NCBI GenBank assembly: GCA_965153285.1
Contig: OZ229113.1
Direction: 5' to 3' (one strand)
DNA length: 64,000 nt
DNA from: Podarcis tiliguerta
Taxonomy: Eukaryota
This document shows positions 38,919 through 52,599 of the stretch, piece after piece; positions within the stretch are counted from its first letter, which is position 1; every line of letters begins with the position of its first letter. The notes beneath the pieces are model-generated. The model was not told the DNA's origin and searched no databases. It saw only the letters and a list, made by a program, of their open reading frames with translations. Both the position numbers and the translations under genes were made by a program.

Positions 38919-40789
38919 TACACTGCCTTTTTTCAGTAGTTATTTTAATTGTTTGCTGTTGCTTTCCTCCCTACAAAAAAGGAAGAAAATAAATGAACCA
39001 CAACTACAGTATTTTGTTCTGGGACAAATTAAATTTTATCATAGTAACCAGCATTGTGAACCTTCTAAGTCTAGGACATGTTGTGGCCACAAGTCATGCT
39101 TATTTCATGTTTGTTTTGATGGAGTCCTTTCCCACTGCAAGATGACTACAGAATTGTGCAGAAAGGATCTGTCATATATCCAAAGCTCATGTGAACTGGC
39201 TCTTGCAACAATATTCTGAAAGTAAAGAGAACCATCAGTTTCACCAAGCATGAGTACAAATATAGGTAAACTAATTGACAATTTTATCCGAGTTTTGAAA
39301 GTTCTCTCGCATGAAGTACATTTCAATCACATTAGCCCCAGCACTGAATTTAATAGAGCTATATGAATATTTGACAGGTGTTTGTATTCATATGGGTAGA
39401 CCCGTGTTTCAAGGCCAGTCATAAATGTCAAATATATTAATTTTCATTAATTTCAATGGGCTTTTATCTAGATCACTCAGACTGTACAGTTTGGTACTAC
39501 AGACATTCATGCTGGACATTTTGTTTTGTAACATTTACTAAAGAAAAATACAAGGAAATATTAAACTGCTATATACTTTGAATACTAATGTATTAGGCAT
39601 CTCTTTCAGGGAATAACAGAAGAAGAAGTACTGTAATTTCTTTTACTGCACTTCTCATGTAAGTGGGTTGAGTGGGTGGAAATGTACAAGTGATTGTCAC
39701 ATCTGCAGCGTGTGCATCCCTCCCATCCCATACTTCAAGTTCTTTTTTGAATTTCACATTGTAAGCCTGGTAAGAGGAAGTGCAGCTCTGTGGTACTTAC
39801 TCTTCCACTACTTATTTAGAATGCCCAGAGACATTCTCAGCTAGTTGATAATTCAGAGGGAGAACTCTGGGAAAATAATGTTCAATAAATAGGTAAGGTT
39901 TTAGCTCTATTTTTAATGCAGCTCGCAAGGCAATATTATATGGAATGGTTAAAATATTTATAACCTGCTTTTCCATTAAAATGCTCAAGACAGCTTACAA
40001 TGATAGCTGTAGCACCAGTAGATAAGTAAAACTTTTTTTTAAAAAAAAAAGAAACAGATAAAAATCAACATAAAAGCTCAAATTCTAGAGAGCTTAAAGC
40101 AGTTTTCATAAGACGACAAAACTTCAACATAGGCCTGTCCAGGAAAGTATTTCCATAGACGCTTATCAATGTCCTAAACTGTTGCATGGAAGAAATTGGT
40201 GAGCATGCAGGAGAAATGATGACACAAAAGAGTTGTAGGCCAAGATATATTAAGAGGTGGTGCAGGAGAGCTCAGCTACTCTAAGCACCTAAATGAATCC
40301 TAAGATATGCAATCAGTTATGATTGCAGAATCTCTGTTTATCAGTTTTACATTTTCTGTGAGAATGGTTGAAGTGTGACAAGGTTGGAGGATAAATGTGC
40401 TCCTCATCTTGGTTTTCAGGCATTTGAGAAGAGCTGTACAAAGCTTTTAGCAAGCGCTGGAGCCTTTGCACAGAACTTCTGAAGGATTAGGCATTTGGAA
40501 AGCACTATGGAAGGGATGCTGGCGAAATTATTCTGTTGTCAGATATTGATAGGTGGGTTGTCCTGCCTGGGCGGAGGAGATAAAAATCTGACCCACTGGG
40601 TCCAAAACGTTTTCAATCCCTCAGCTATACCATCCAAGGCTCCAGGTGAGACTGGGGGGTCTTATATTCCTCAAGTGACAGCAACAAACCTACTGAAACG
40701 GTCACCTTACCAACATGATCCCTACTGCAAGAAATATAAGAAAGAGATGTATGCTTGGCATTACTTAACAGAGTGGCCACTGGGATAAT

Positions 40790-41130
40790 ATAACACTGGT
40801 CCTAAAATATCTACATTGGCCCTCAGTATGTTTTGAACCACAATTCAAAGTGTTGGTGTTGACCTTTAAAGCCCTTAATGGCTTCAGCCCTGTATACCTG
40901 AAGGAATGTCTCCGCCCCTACTGTTCAGCCCAGACACTGAGGTCCAGTTCCGAGGGCCTTCTGGTGGTTCCCTCAGTGTGAGAAGTGGAGTTACAGGGAA
41001 CCAGGCAAAGGGCCTTCTAGGTAGTGGCACCTACTCTGTAGAACAGCTTCCCATCAGATATCAGATAGATAAATAATTCTACAACCTTACATACACATCT
41101 GAAGGCAGCCCTGTTTCGGGACTTTTAATG
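40790..41130 (+). mobile_element. L2 3' ORF2 fragment
   Basis: LKYLHW...QFKVLVLTFKALNG...YLKE...TLRSSSEGLLVVPS...GTRQRAF, with in-frame stops. Confidence 0.85.
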
Positions 41131-42110
41131 TGAGAGGCTCTGTTGTGTTGTTGTGTTTTTGTATACCCTTGTGTTTGTGAAAATCCAGCTTCAAATGGCT
41201 TCAAAATCTATGGCTTGGAGCCAAAGAGATGCAAGTGGAACTCCGCATGTATTAACAGGGATTTCCCATCTCCTCCTCCCATCAACTCTCCACACCTCTA
41301 ACCCTCTAGAATTGTTTAAGGACTGTTGTAGGCAAAGGGGATGCTGTAGGAGGAAGACATTTGAGAATGCACCTTCTGTTTGTGTATTAGTGCTTGAATT
41401 ACAGATGACTCAAACTTCACAGCTACTCAAACTGTTCATAGAATATGATCAGGATAAAAATTGGGGGAGTCAGGAGGAGAAACTCCACTTCCCCCTCCAA
41501 TTCAAGTGTTGCTTTGGATACAAGCCAATGTTATCTACTTTAATGACAAGAGCCCAACAATAAATATATGTGTCATCATGTTAGAAAGAGAGGTTACGTT
41601 TGTGTAAAAAGAACGAACACCTATTAGTGTGACTGCTTCAGGAATATTTCTCTTGAGTACAAGCTGCAATCAAATTAATAAAGCTAAAATGGGGAAAAAA
41701 GCAGTTGAATTTCCAGTTTCCTCTCTATGAAAGTAGAATAGTCTCTTCCCTTGGCATCTCTCATTTTAGGAAACTTCCTCATCTTCATTCTAGGAACTTA
41801 TTGTATTAGAAGAGGCAGCTAGCTGTTCATGAAAGCAGCTGTTTTGTAAAGATTTCTGAATGCTGCTTTTCTTTCTCATTTTGTTAGCTTCCACCCATGG
41901 CACACTTCCATCTGAGGCTTTAGATGCCGAAGGCAGTCCACAGAGCCTCTCAAGCAAAAGCTACTCCACTTATCCCACTACTTCATTTAGCCCACAGTGT
42001 ATTTTGATAATTGACAAATATAGGAGTGAAATCTCAAGTGTCATTAGCAATAGTGCAACATGATTTCTTTCATTCGTTACAGAATGGCCAAATATTTACC
42101 TCTTATAATT

Positions 42111-42218
42111 GAATGGCCATCTGTCATGGATGCTTTAGTTCAGATTCCTGCATTGCAGGGGGCTGGACTAGATGACCCTCGAGGTCTCTTTCAACTCTAC
42201 AGTTCTATGATGCTATAC
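42111..42218 (+). mobile_element. CR1 3' end fragment
   Basis: ccatctgtcatggatgctttag...cctgcattgcagggggctggactagatgaccctc...ttctatgat, matching the 14870-14970 tail. Confidence 0.8.
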
Positions 42219-42816
42219 TATCTGATGAAAGAACCTAGCAGTAGTTACTATGCTATTTTTGGGAGAGGGGGGAGAGATTCATCAACTGATTTACCCAGTT
42301 GGCATGCTGAAGATATCAGATATATTCTACAACTACTGGAAAATAAAGCTGAGATAAGAGTGAGAAGACATGGTTAAGTGTTCATTTATATTATGAACTG
42401 AGATTTCCAAAAGTATACAAGCTAGCTGTTCACATGATCTTTCTTTTTACAATACAAATAAAACACAGCAGTAGAATGATTTCTACCAGTTGTTTATTTT
42501 AATGAATGAGTCATAGAGTTAAGTCATATTTGATGTCATGGGTTGTCACTCATGATCAGCAGCTAGTGGCTTTTAAAAAATGGTCAACTAATTTTCCTTG
42601 AAAGCAGCAGGATAGGGTTCACACAATATGATCCATCTGAGTCCCAAACGTCAGGCAAATAAATGGAACAAGCAATAGCAGTGATGAGGTGTTTTCTTTG
42701 TTTAAGCCTGTTTGGATTTAACACTATTGTTTAATAATAAAAAAATGCAGTGCACCATTTTTTTCCTGTTTTATCTGTGCTAGATCTTACTTCTGAGATG
42801 AGAGCTCAAATACAAC

Positions 42817-42819
<3 letters not shown>

Positions 42820-42866
<47 letters not shown>
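42820..42866. repeat. (TA)n microsatellite
   Basis: Perfect TA run of about 23 units. Confidence 0.98.
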
Positions 42867-42868
<2 letters not shown>

Positions 42869-43499
42869 TGGTGAGAAAAAAGGCCAAGTTTCCAGACACT
42901 GAATGATTTGCCCATAGGAGAAAAATAAAAATAGTAATACTGACTTAAAAGGCAAAGCATAACCATCTGCTAGGATCATGAGAGACCGTCTGACAGAGCA
43001 ATGCAGCAAACAGTGATATGGTTATTTAACCCTGCCTTGACAACTAGCAGGAGACCCAATGCACTATAAAAGTTCCAAGGGCACCATTAAGACCAACACT
43101 TGGACAAGGAATAGGGCCAGAAATGTTTTTTACATCAAATGATGGAAGGGGGAGAAGGAGAGAGAGAGAAAAAAATAGATATCTGATCTCTGTGAAAGAA
43201 AATATGCCTTTGAACAATCCATTATTCCCTAACAATATAGGCAGTATTTCTTAGCTCTCCCATTAGGAGCAAAAAAGCAAAGACAGGTATAAAGAAGACT
43301 TTGCTTGCTAAAGTTAGGTAAAGTGAATGTTTCCTATGGATCATCCCATGGATCATCAGAGGCACTGCTTGAAGGTCTGTGCCTGTTTGACCTTTGTAGG
43401 AAGAGTGAAGTGGCAGGTATGTATTAATAGTTATAAATGTATCAAACCTTTTCATGTGGATTTCTCATACTTCTCATTAGCAGCTCTGATCCCTGAAAT

Positions 43500-44130
43500 G
43501 TTGTTTAATCTCTCTTTGAGCATCAGCTCAATGCTATACGGTACTAGTTTTTAAGTAGAACAATTCATATGGCATTATCTTCCGCAAAATGATTAAATAA
43601 TATGAAATAATAAGTATATTAGTATATTTTCAAAATTTAATGGAAGTCTTTCTCAAATTGTATAGTTTTACATATATTGGTTGATATTTTGCCAAAAGGT
43701 TTGTAATCTATTCAAATTTCTGGTGATGAAAAGATATTTCAATTTTGTCTGACAAAGTTAATTTTTTTAGCAGAGAGGCCATATTGTTCTGGGTTCTTGA
43801 GGGTACATTATAATGCATAGTTTCAGATTTTTGGGAATTTACATCGAGTCCTGCTATTGCTCCAAAGTTTGTAAATGCAAAGCATCTCGTAAAAAAACCT
43901 GCTTTTGTATCAAAACTATAAAGGAAAAGAATAGAAGCCAAATCTTGCCCAAAGTGTCTATCTTTAATTTCTTTAATTGCCTTTTCCTTCTGGGGTGAGT
44001 AAGGCATTCCAATAGAGCCAAAATTCCAAATATTATTTACCCAGATTTCTATAGGTTGTTTCCAGTATCGGGCTATTGTTAATCAGACTGCTGATAATAG
44101 AGCAGTCCTAATATGAAACCTGGATTAGAA
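43500..44130 (-). mobile_element. Highly decayed L1/Tx1-like LINE remnant
   Basis: FGAIAGLDVNSQKSE resembles the L1-clade RT motif FG.ISG.K.N..KSE; LTIARYWKQP resembles the L1 C-terminus. Confidence 0.4.
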
Positions 44131-45999
44131 TTCAGTAATCTAGTGTGCCAGCTAATACTTTGACATCCTCTGTCTGCAGACTTCATAGACCAGAGCTTCG
44201 TTGCATAATTTTGCAACGAAGTAATGCAGTTTTACTAGAATACTGGAAGTTAAACTAACCCCTTTCCAGGCCCAGGAGGAGCGCAGGGAGCATTTGTGCA
44301 ACACGTTGACACACTAACATGTTGTGACACACAGTTTGTCATAGATAACACCTGTCTTGTCTCACCTGGTTATTTCAACGTAGCAGCCTACTGGGAAATA
44401 CATGATATGATTTCCACAGATATCACTTTATTATTGATCACTGATTCATCCTGAAACTCTGGTTCATAGGGCCTGATATTAGATTATCTGGTGTATGTTT
44501 GCTACAAAGAACTCCCCCCCCCCATCATCATTTTTAATTATTAGCTTACTTTTACACCACTTACAGATTATTGTAACTGAATACAATACAAAAGAATTTC
44601 AGTTATAACTAAAAAATCAGAGTGGCTTGAGCTATGCGGCTCCTACATTTATGGGATCTAACTTGTCAGGAAGTACAGTAATAATTTTTGGTACCCCTGT
44701 AGAATAATTTAGCCAGTGAGGACCAAATCTCTTTATATTCTTGCATGTGTCTCATGCATATTGGTCTCATAAAATATGCTCCTTGCAAACATACAGAGCT
44801 CATAGGAACATAAGAAGAGACCTGCTGAATCAGAGAAAAAGCTCATCTGTGTATAATACAAACAGGCAAGTGACAAAGTCAAACAACTATGGTTTGTTAT
44901 TATATCTGAACTAGGTCCCTGTAGTTGGGCATCTAATAACATCATTTCAGCAGTCTGGATGGTGTCCCCATTCTTGGTGATAAATGCCATAAGTCCAGTC
45001 CTACGATTACTAATGTCTGAAATCTTGCTGAAATCATAACTAAAATAATCACTGTTGCCATTATATACTAAAGGGCTGTGCATAAAAAGATGATTTATGT
45101 CAAAGGCTCATGAAAGAAAATGGCCCTGAAGAAGAAGTGATCATACCAAAGCAGCCCACCTTAGAAAGAGAACAAATGTACCCACAGAATGTCAGTGGAC
45201 AACGTCATTACTGGCTTATCAACACAGGGTATTTAAAGCAGATGGCACAGCAATGCATCTCTGCCACTAAGGCCTGCTAATTTCAGTCACCTCCTATAAA
45301 AAATTAAAATTGGCCCCATGTCATTCAAACATGACAGTACCTTGGATTTCTCCCCCTTTATATTCTTTAGCCTTGAGGCAGATATGACAGGTGCCTTATT
45401 AAATTCCAAAAATAAACTGCAGCACAAAAAGGCAGTGCATTCCAATGAGACAGCAGGCTTGTTAAAATGCAAAATGCATAAGAGTATTTCTTTTTATTTT
45501 TAGCTATCAATTTCACCATTTTAAACTGTCACTTTTGAACATATAGAAATTAGTATTAAAATCCCTGTTATACTTCAAAAAATCTAGCACTTTACAAAAT
45601 TTCAAACTATTCTAAATTATTTGGGTTGCTTTTATGTTATTAAAACACAGTATTCAATTAATTCTTCTCTTATTTTGCCGTGAGAAAGTGTTCATAAAAA
45701 CAGTGAATCCGTGGCTTCAATGTAGCAATAAGCAACCTGACCCATCTTGTTTGAAACTTGGTTAGTTGGCACCCATTTACATTATCATGTTTTTAGTAGC
45801 AGCTCAGTACTCCATTTTTTATTATTATTTAATCTCTGCAGATACAAAATATGTTTCCTGGTTTTGACCAATTAAATCCTTAATGCAATGAAATCCTTAA
45901 TGATTTGGGTTATAATTATCTTAGAAACGTCTCCTCTAGAACATGGGTGATCAGAAGTCAGTTTATAAGTTATATCCTGTTATATCCTGTTCTTCATGC

Positions 46000-47210
46000 A
46001 TGAACTTCAGGGCAGTTACAAGAAGAGCTATAATAATCACAAATTGAAATCAGTTTAAACCCATCAATTAACTACCTTCAGTTTCATTCCATTTAGGCAT
46101 CCTATGCATCAAAGATCTGATCAGAAGTGCATATTTCCAGTTGGCACATAAAACTAAGCAGAGTTTGGCACCAACCAAATTTCTGAAAGGAATACATTGT
46201 ATACCAGGCTACTATAGCAGAGAAGCTTTCTGTCTGGTTATCTACTCCTTGAGTTTCTCTAACTGATAGCATTACCAGCAAGACATCCCCAGAAGATCTT
46301 AAGTTTGTTTGTATAGGGAGAAGCAGTCTCCCTGGTAACCAGGTCCCTGAACTGGGATCAGAAGCTAATTGGTAGCCAGTTTAAATACTTCAGGACTGGC
46401 ATTGTATGGACACCAAAAGAGAAGTCAAATTGAAATAGGTTCATGAAGAAGTCAGTCCGAAGCTGCTAAAACCATCTGGCAGTTTTACCATCCAGAATTT
46501 GTAAAAATCAGAAGTAAAAGGAAATGGGATTATAATCTTGGTTTAGATATTAAATGATGCAGTAAAAATAACTTACTTGGAGAACTTTAACAACCAAGAT
46601 ATTACACCCAGATGTACAGGACATCCATTATCATGTTATATTATTTTCTTCTATTGTTTGTATGTTAAATAATCAATTTTTCTTCTTTTTAAAGAAAGAT
46701 CTAATAGAACTATCAAGGCTGAATTTTGCACAGCTGCAGCTTTCAAACCATCTTCAAGGGCACAGAGACCACAATGCAATAGTCCAAAGGAGGACACTAG
46801 AATACCATAGAACACAGTGGCATCCAGACACTGATCCAGCATCTCCATGACTTCACCCACTTCCAGTGACATGTGTTCTGTGTTATTAGCATACATACAA
46901 CATTGACACCCCACTCCCAAACTACTAATGACCGCTGCAAATGGCTTCATGTAGACGTCAAAAAGCATGGGGGGAAAGGCGAAACCATAAAGGCCTCCAC
47001 AGCCTAAATGTGATGGGGCTAAGCAGAAGTTGCCACACATACCCCATTCTCTGGAACTGGTCTTGCAGTTAAGGAGTGGAACCATTGTAACACAGTGCCT
47101 TCCATTCCTATCCTACAGAGCCGATACAGGAAGTTATAATGGTTGATGGTATCAACAGCTGCTGAGATTTCAAGAATTGCGAGTACCCTGCTCAGTCATA
47201 GGCTAGATTG
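46000..47210 (-). mobile_element. Degenerate L2 LINE (RT core to 3' end)
   Basis: ORF 46651..47085 has PPMLFDVYMKPFAAVISSLGVGC...YANNT, a decayed SPMLFNIYMKPL...YADDT. Confidence 0.75.
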
Positions 47211-47387
47211 TTGGATAGCTATGACCCAACTAGCTCCATTATTGTCAGTCAACAGAATTAGAGTATAACAGACATTTCTGCAAGCATCAGTCTTTTTGCA
47301 GAACTGAAGTATCCAAATGAGGTTCTTCATAAACATTTCATAATTATTCCTCTAATTGTTCAAAAGCATTGAACAAAGAAGAGGTTT

Positions 47388-47540
47388 GAACATAGGAAGC
47401 TGCCTTGTACAGTCAGAGTGCCTATGGCTCAGTATTGTCTTCACTGACCAGACGACCCTCCAGGGGTTCTAACAGAAATATTCAGCAGCCCTACCTGGAG
47501 AGTCTGAATACAAAGAAGATATTTTACCACTGTGCTATAG
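47388..47540 (-). mobile_element. Degenerate tRNA-derived SINE (Squam2-like)
   Basis: gaacataggaagctgcctt...ctcagtattgtc...cagccctacctggaga...ttaccactgtgcta matches the reverse complement of this squamate SINE type as recalled. Confidence 0.6.
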
Positions 47541-47685
47541 TTATTCTCAAGAAGCAACAGCTGAAAAATGCTATGCAATTGCTATTTGTCCTTTATCTTA
47601 TTCATTATATCACTTATACCTTGTTCACTTTAGATACCTATGGCTCTAAAAACTTCAAGATAAGCTCTTTGCAAATAATTTTCAC

Positions 47686-47752
47686 CTTCCTTCCTTCTTT
47701 CTTCCACGCATCAAGTTCTCTTCCATTTTCTGCAGCTTTTGCAATGCTATTT
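47686..47752 (-). CDS. OFCC1: Internal coding exon (67 nt, phase 1->2) of the large minus-strand gene; peptide xIALQKLQKMEENLMRGRKKEG(R/S); tentatively OFCC1/ojoplano-like
   Basis: Strong acceptor (cttcctcttttttgtgatcatttgtag), open purine-rich coiled-coil-like frame, donor AG|GTGAAA. Gene name is from recalled resemblance only, not from a search. Confidence 0.5.
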
Positions 47753-50700
47753 CTACAAATGATCACAAAAAAGAGGAAGCATGCTGGGCAAGGAATAATC
47801 ATAGATTGGAATGAAATACTATGAAGCTTACATGTAGGTTAATAAAATATATTCTTATCCTAAACAATAAATATATTTTTCCTATAGAATAAAATCTTTG
47901 CATATATGCATTTCAGAAATCTTTTTTAAAAGAGGGAAATAATCTGCATTATTCTCCTATTAGAATTCCTCATAGTCCTGCACATTAAGTCACTCAAAGT
48001 AATTGTTCAACCAAGAAGAATATCACTGCTGGCAAATTAATAAAACAGGACTCTGCCTGGATTAATCTGCACAATATCAAGCTGCAATTCTAACACAAGC
48101 AGGGCTAGGAGACTGCTGAAATGGTAATGCCATCATAATCCCTGGCGTTAAAGGGAAGTGAGAGGTTTATTTTGGCCAGCAACGTTAGTCATTTCTTCCC
48201 AATGAATTCTGACACAGAACCCAAATGAATGATAAGTACAGTCCATGATAAGCACATACAAAGCAATATTAAATATTTAATTTTCAAAGGCACAAGGGTG
48301 AAATCCCAAAGCTCCTGGAAACCTAAAGATTCTCAGAGAAGGTTGGCCAATTTGAGGCCTTAATAAATCCTTTGACTTTATTAGATGCCCGAGTCAATTG
48401 AGCTTTTAGTATTTTTATTAGCTATCATTGAAATTATTTTCATAGGCACAATATTCTAGTAGGTAATACTGTGATGCTTCAATTTCTTGAAGAAGGACTA
48501 GGAACAAGTAATGTAAATATGTCAATCAACTGTTAAGCGTTAAAACACACACCTTTGAAACAATAAAAACAGCAGAGACTATAAACATCTCTGCAGCTCC
48601 ACACTGCTCTTACACATAACCTTATCCAAACCTACTATCTTTAGGATGCAGGTGAAAAATGACTTTATCTTTTGTAGTAGCAGTTAGACACAGATTGCCT
48701 CTTGACAATACTTTCCTGATAATATATTCTAAGTGCTGTTGGCTATTTTAATTTTATTTTGAATTAAAACATGCACACACTCGCACACACACACAGAGTG
48801 AACGTTCACCATAAAGAATAAGACACCACAAAACAAAAGGTTGATTTACTGATAAATACAAAATTCTATTCAGCTCTTCTACTGCTCATACACCACTTGG
48901 GGCATCTTTCCAAAATAAAAATCACTATAAAAATATTAATATTAAAAGAATATAACAATAAAAATACATGATACCCATAACACTGAACATTAAAATGTGA
49001 TTAAAAGACATGGAATAAAAATGATATCCAAGCCTAGAACTATTATGAAAGTACAGGAAAATTATAGGAATGTTGGGCAGTTGCCAATAGATAGCTTATC
49101 ATTCTAGTAGAGATCTTTAACAAATATATGTAGTGGTCATTTCCATCAAGGCCAAAAAAGAAGTTAAAAAATAAAAAGGACTGGCCCCAGATACAAGCTG
49201 AGGCAAGAGTTAAAGAGCTATAGTTTTACTGAAAAAAGACATCCCTTGTTCAAAACATGTCTAACAGAAGAGTGGCATAGGATGCTGCCAGTGTGAGATC
49301 CTGACATCCATTTATATTAATCTACTACTATGCTTAAGGTTGAACCTGACACATTTATCCAACAATTGACACCCCTGTGAAGAAGTCATGATTAAAGGAT
49401 AAGAGGTCAATGATACAATAATGCCCTTTCCATTCCAATACAGAAAGTAGCAGAGAATAGCTTGCCTAGTTACTAGCAAAAAGCAAGAGGCTCCTTAAGG
49501 TCTCCCTAGTCAAGTTGATAAAATATACAGTAAGTAAACTCTCTGTCTGTCTGTCTGTCTCTGTCTCTCCTTAGTTAATCTTGCCTGTTATAGAGGAAGT
49601 TAAAGGCAACTGTTTGTTTTATCCAGCAGATTATTCTGAAAGTAATAATTATTCTTGTTTTGGTATTTACACTTTATTCAGTCATTACTTTTCTGTTTTC
49701 TTATCATTTGCCAAATGGCCAGAAAAGAATCACACCCTTGCAAATTATTGATAAAACTATATTAATGGCTATGAAGCAAAGGCATCATCTGTGATGCTAA
49801 ATGACAGCTCATAAACTATGAAGTTAAAAAAAAAAAATCCCTCACAGCAGGAGTATAAAATAGAAAATCCTGATAAACACATGCTTGCTACACTGAAATA
49901 CTGACATTGTTTATGTGATAGCGCAAACAAATGATGTCTTGGTCAGCAGCACCAGCACTGTCTGTTTCTCCCAATGGGTTATCAAGTCCTTACTGCCTGT
50001 AACAGTTACTTTGTAGCTTTGTCCATTAGCAAGAGAGAACACATAGAAGGACTAAACAATAAAACATTTGTGCAAAAAGAATACATTCCTACACAGTGAG
50101 AGATATCAACTGAGGTAGTACAAAGTAACTTATGAAATATGTACAAATGTTTGTGTATTTCCAAGTTCAACACAAACAAATGTAGGGTAACCAATTCTGA
50201 AGTTTCTTGCACAGTTGGAGGTAGGGAAGGAGAAACAATTCTAAGCACAACCTTTGGGAGTCAAAAGGCTTTTTTTGTTTGTTTGTTTGTTCATTGTCAC
50301 ATTTTATGGTTTGAAGTGATGTGAGGAGGGAAGCCAGAAGCAAAAGATTTTTCATTATAAAAGCTACTGGGATTTCAGTTTAGAGGCTACTCAAAAAAGT
50401 AAATGTATTAGATTACAAAAAGAAGGCATTGTATTATTAGCCCTAGGCACGAATACAGATCAATCTATGGATTTCTAGCATCCCACTTAGCCACAGTGAA
50501 GTTAAAAGAAAGTACATTTTATATAGAGTAATCTTTCATACTTGTGTGAGACTGACAGGGACTTTCAACCTGATGTAAAGTGATAAAAAGTTACAGTCAT
50601 TCATGTTTTTAATAATACAAGCATCTCAGTAGATTTACAAATATCCCATGACTACAAAAAAATGAGCATTTCCTTAGCTCATCATCAACAAAAAAGTCCC

Positions 50701-52470
50701 AGAAAGGTAGAACTACTTTCCCATTAGAATACATGACCCATTTTTATTGTTGTTATTATTACTATTCTCCTTGTTTACCCAGCATCTCAATGATTTCAAA
50801 AATGGCACACTAGAAATACACCACTACCACCACCATTTACACATGTTCTCAAATCTATTATTTTGCATATGAAGAAAATGTGTTCCCTGTTTCTCAGTGC
50901 TATTTCCCAAATGTTATATTTTATAGAATTAATTTACCTACTACATTCAAACCTAATATAGAATTTGTACCACTCCCAATCAACACCTATTGGTTTTGTA
51001 CAGTCCCATGCATCCTATTCTAACACTAATATTCTTTTAATATTCTTTCCCATTTAGACTTTGCCGAGACCTCCAGCATTTATCGTGGTCCTCAGAGAAA
51101 TCTAGGTTAATATTACATTTATGTAGCAGATTCTACATTCTACTTTATTTTATTGGAAAAGCATTCTAGCATGAAAGAGTGAAGGCACAATCTTAGAATT
51201 ACCTGAATCAGTAGGAAGATATACTTCCAGTCACCAGAGGGAAATCATTTAATACTATTCATTCTTCTTATGGGACTATTTGCTAGACAAAGCAATTGCT
51301 TAATTTGGGTAGATCCTGAATCATGAGCATTAACCAGAACCTAACCAAGGTTAAACACTTAAGCCTTGTGTGTATGTATATTTCTTCACTGTTTTGTTGT
51401 GCAACATACTGTTACACTTTTATCCAAATAATGAATAAACATGACAATTATTTAAAAATGAAAAAACCCCACTAACAACATTCAATTATTTGGACACAGT
51501 AAATCCACAGGTTAAAATGAAGATCAAAGGAGATATGGAGGGTTACCTTACTGAGTTTCATTTATCACAAAGCATCACATTATTCTAGAAATTGAAATAA
51601 TTAATTTTGATGCCTCCATTCCAATTTCAAAATAATCAAGGCATTACAAACTTACCCCAACCCACATTTTGCCCCACAGCTCAGAACCAACTTTCTCATT
51701 TGCCACTTTCTCTTACCTTTCCCACAGTAATGCACACTGGTTCAGTTCACACACTAAACACAAGCATGAGGGTTCCCAAAGAAGATATTGTAGCTACTCT
51801 TCTTCCCCTCTGGTCCTGGTCCTGCTGAGCTGAGCCATGGTTTGTCTTAATGTCTTATCCAAACCTGGACTCCTGGTTTGTCTGGTCCAGATAAATCATG
51901 AATTGAATACCAGTAAACAAAAAACCCTTGGTTACAGCTCTTGATTTGTCTGGAGCAAAACAGACTATGAGCCTGGGTTTGGACAGCACATGAAGCCTAT
52001 GAGCAAGCTCACAGCAGAAGGACCAGAAGAGGAACAAAGCAGCTATGATCTCATTTCTGGAAGCCCACATGCTAACACTAAGCCATGGGTTGGCTTACCA
52101 TTAGTGGACAACTGTGAGAAGGAGAGTACATGAAAACAGTAGCTTATGCAAAATCCTAATACTTCTTCTAAGCTGTTTGTATAGATGTGAAGTCTGGGAA
52201 GTTTTTCTCTACAGTTCCCAGAGTTAACCAGTTCCCAGAATTAAGCAGAGGGGGAAAAGGTTGGTTTACGTATCACTATATTTTTTCTTGCATTGGTACT
52301 TAGTATTTTCTTGTTTGTCTGCAGAGTGTTATTCAAGATTGATATATAGAAAGACTATAATCCAATATGACTGAGGAGTTTTTTGTTCTTGTGCTTGTTA
52401 GTTTTTAATGTACCCAGCAGATTCAATGGATTTGCTCATCATATACACACGCTGTGCTCATATAAACATC

Positions 52471-52599
52471 CAGCGCTATTTTTCTAGAAAAAGAGGTGCC
52501 AGAACTCACCACAAACACCTCCCTTGTTCTCTTAAAATGGCAATGGCGGCCACCTGAGAGGTGCTGAGTTCCAGTGAGTTCTGGCTGAAAAAAGCCCTG
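52471..52599 (-). mobile_element. hAT-type MITE (copy 2)
   Basis: CAGCGCTATTTT...AAAAAAGCCCTG termini, 8-bp TSD taaacatc/taaatatc. Confidence 0.85.

Noticed and set aside
1190-48142. Shared 12-mer CATCATAATCCC in two enhancer-like blocks
   Set aside because: Many 12-mer matches are expected by chance in 64 kb.
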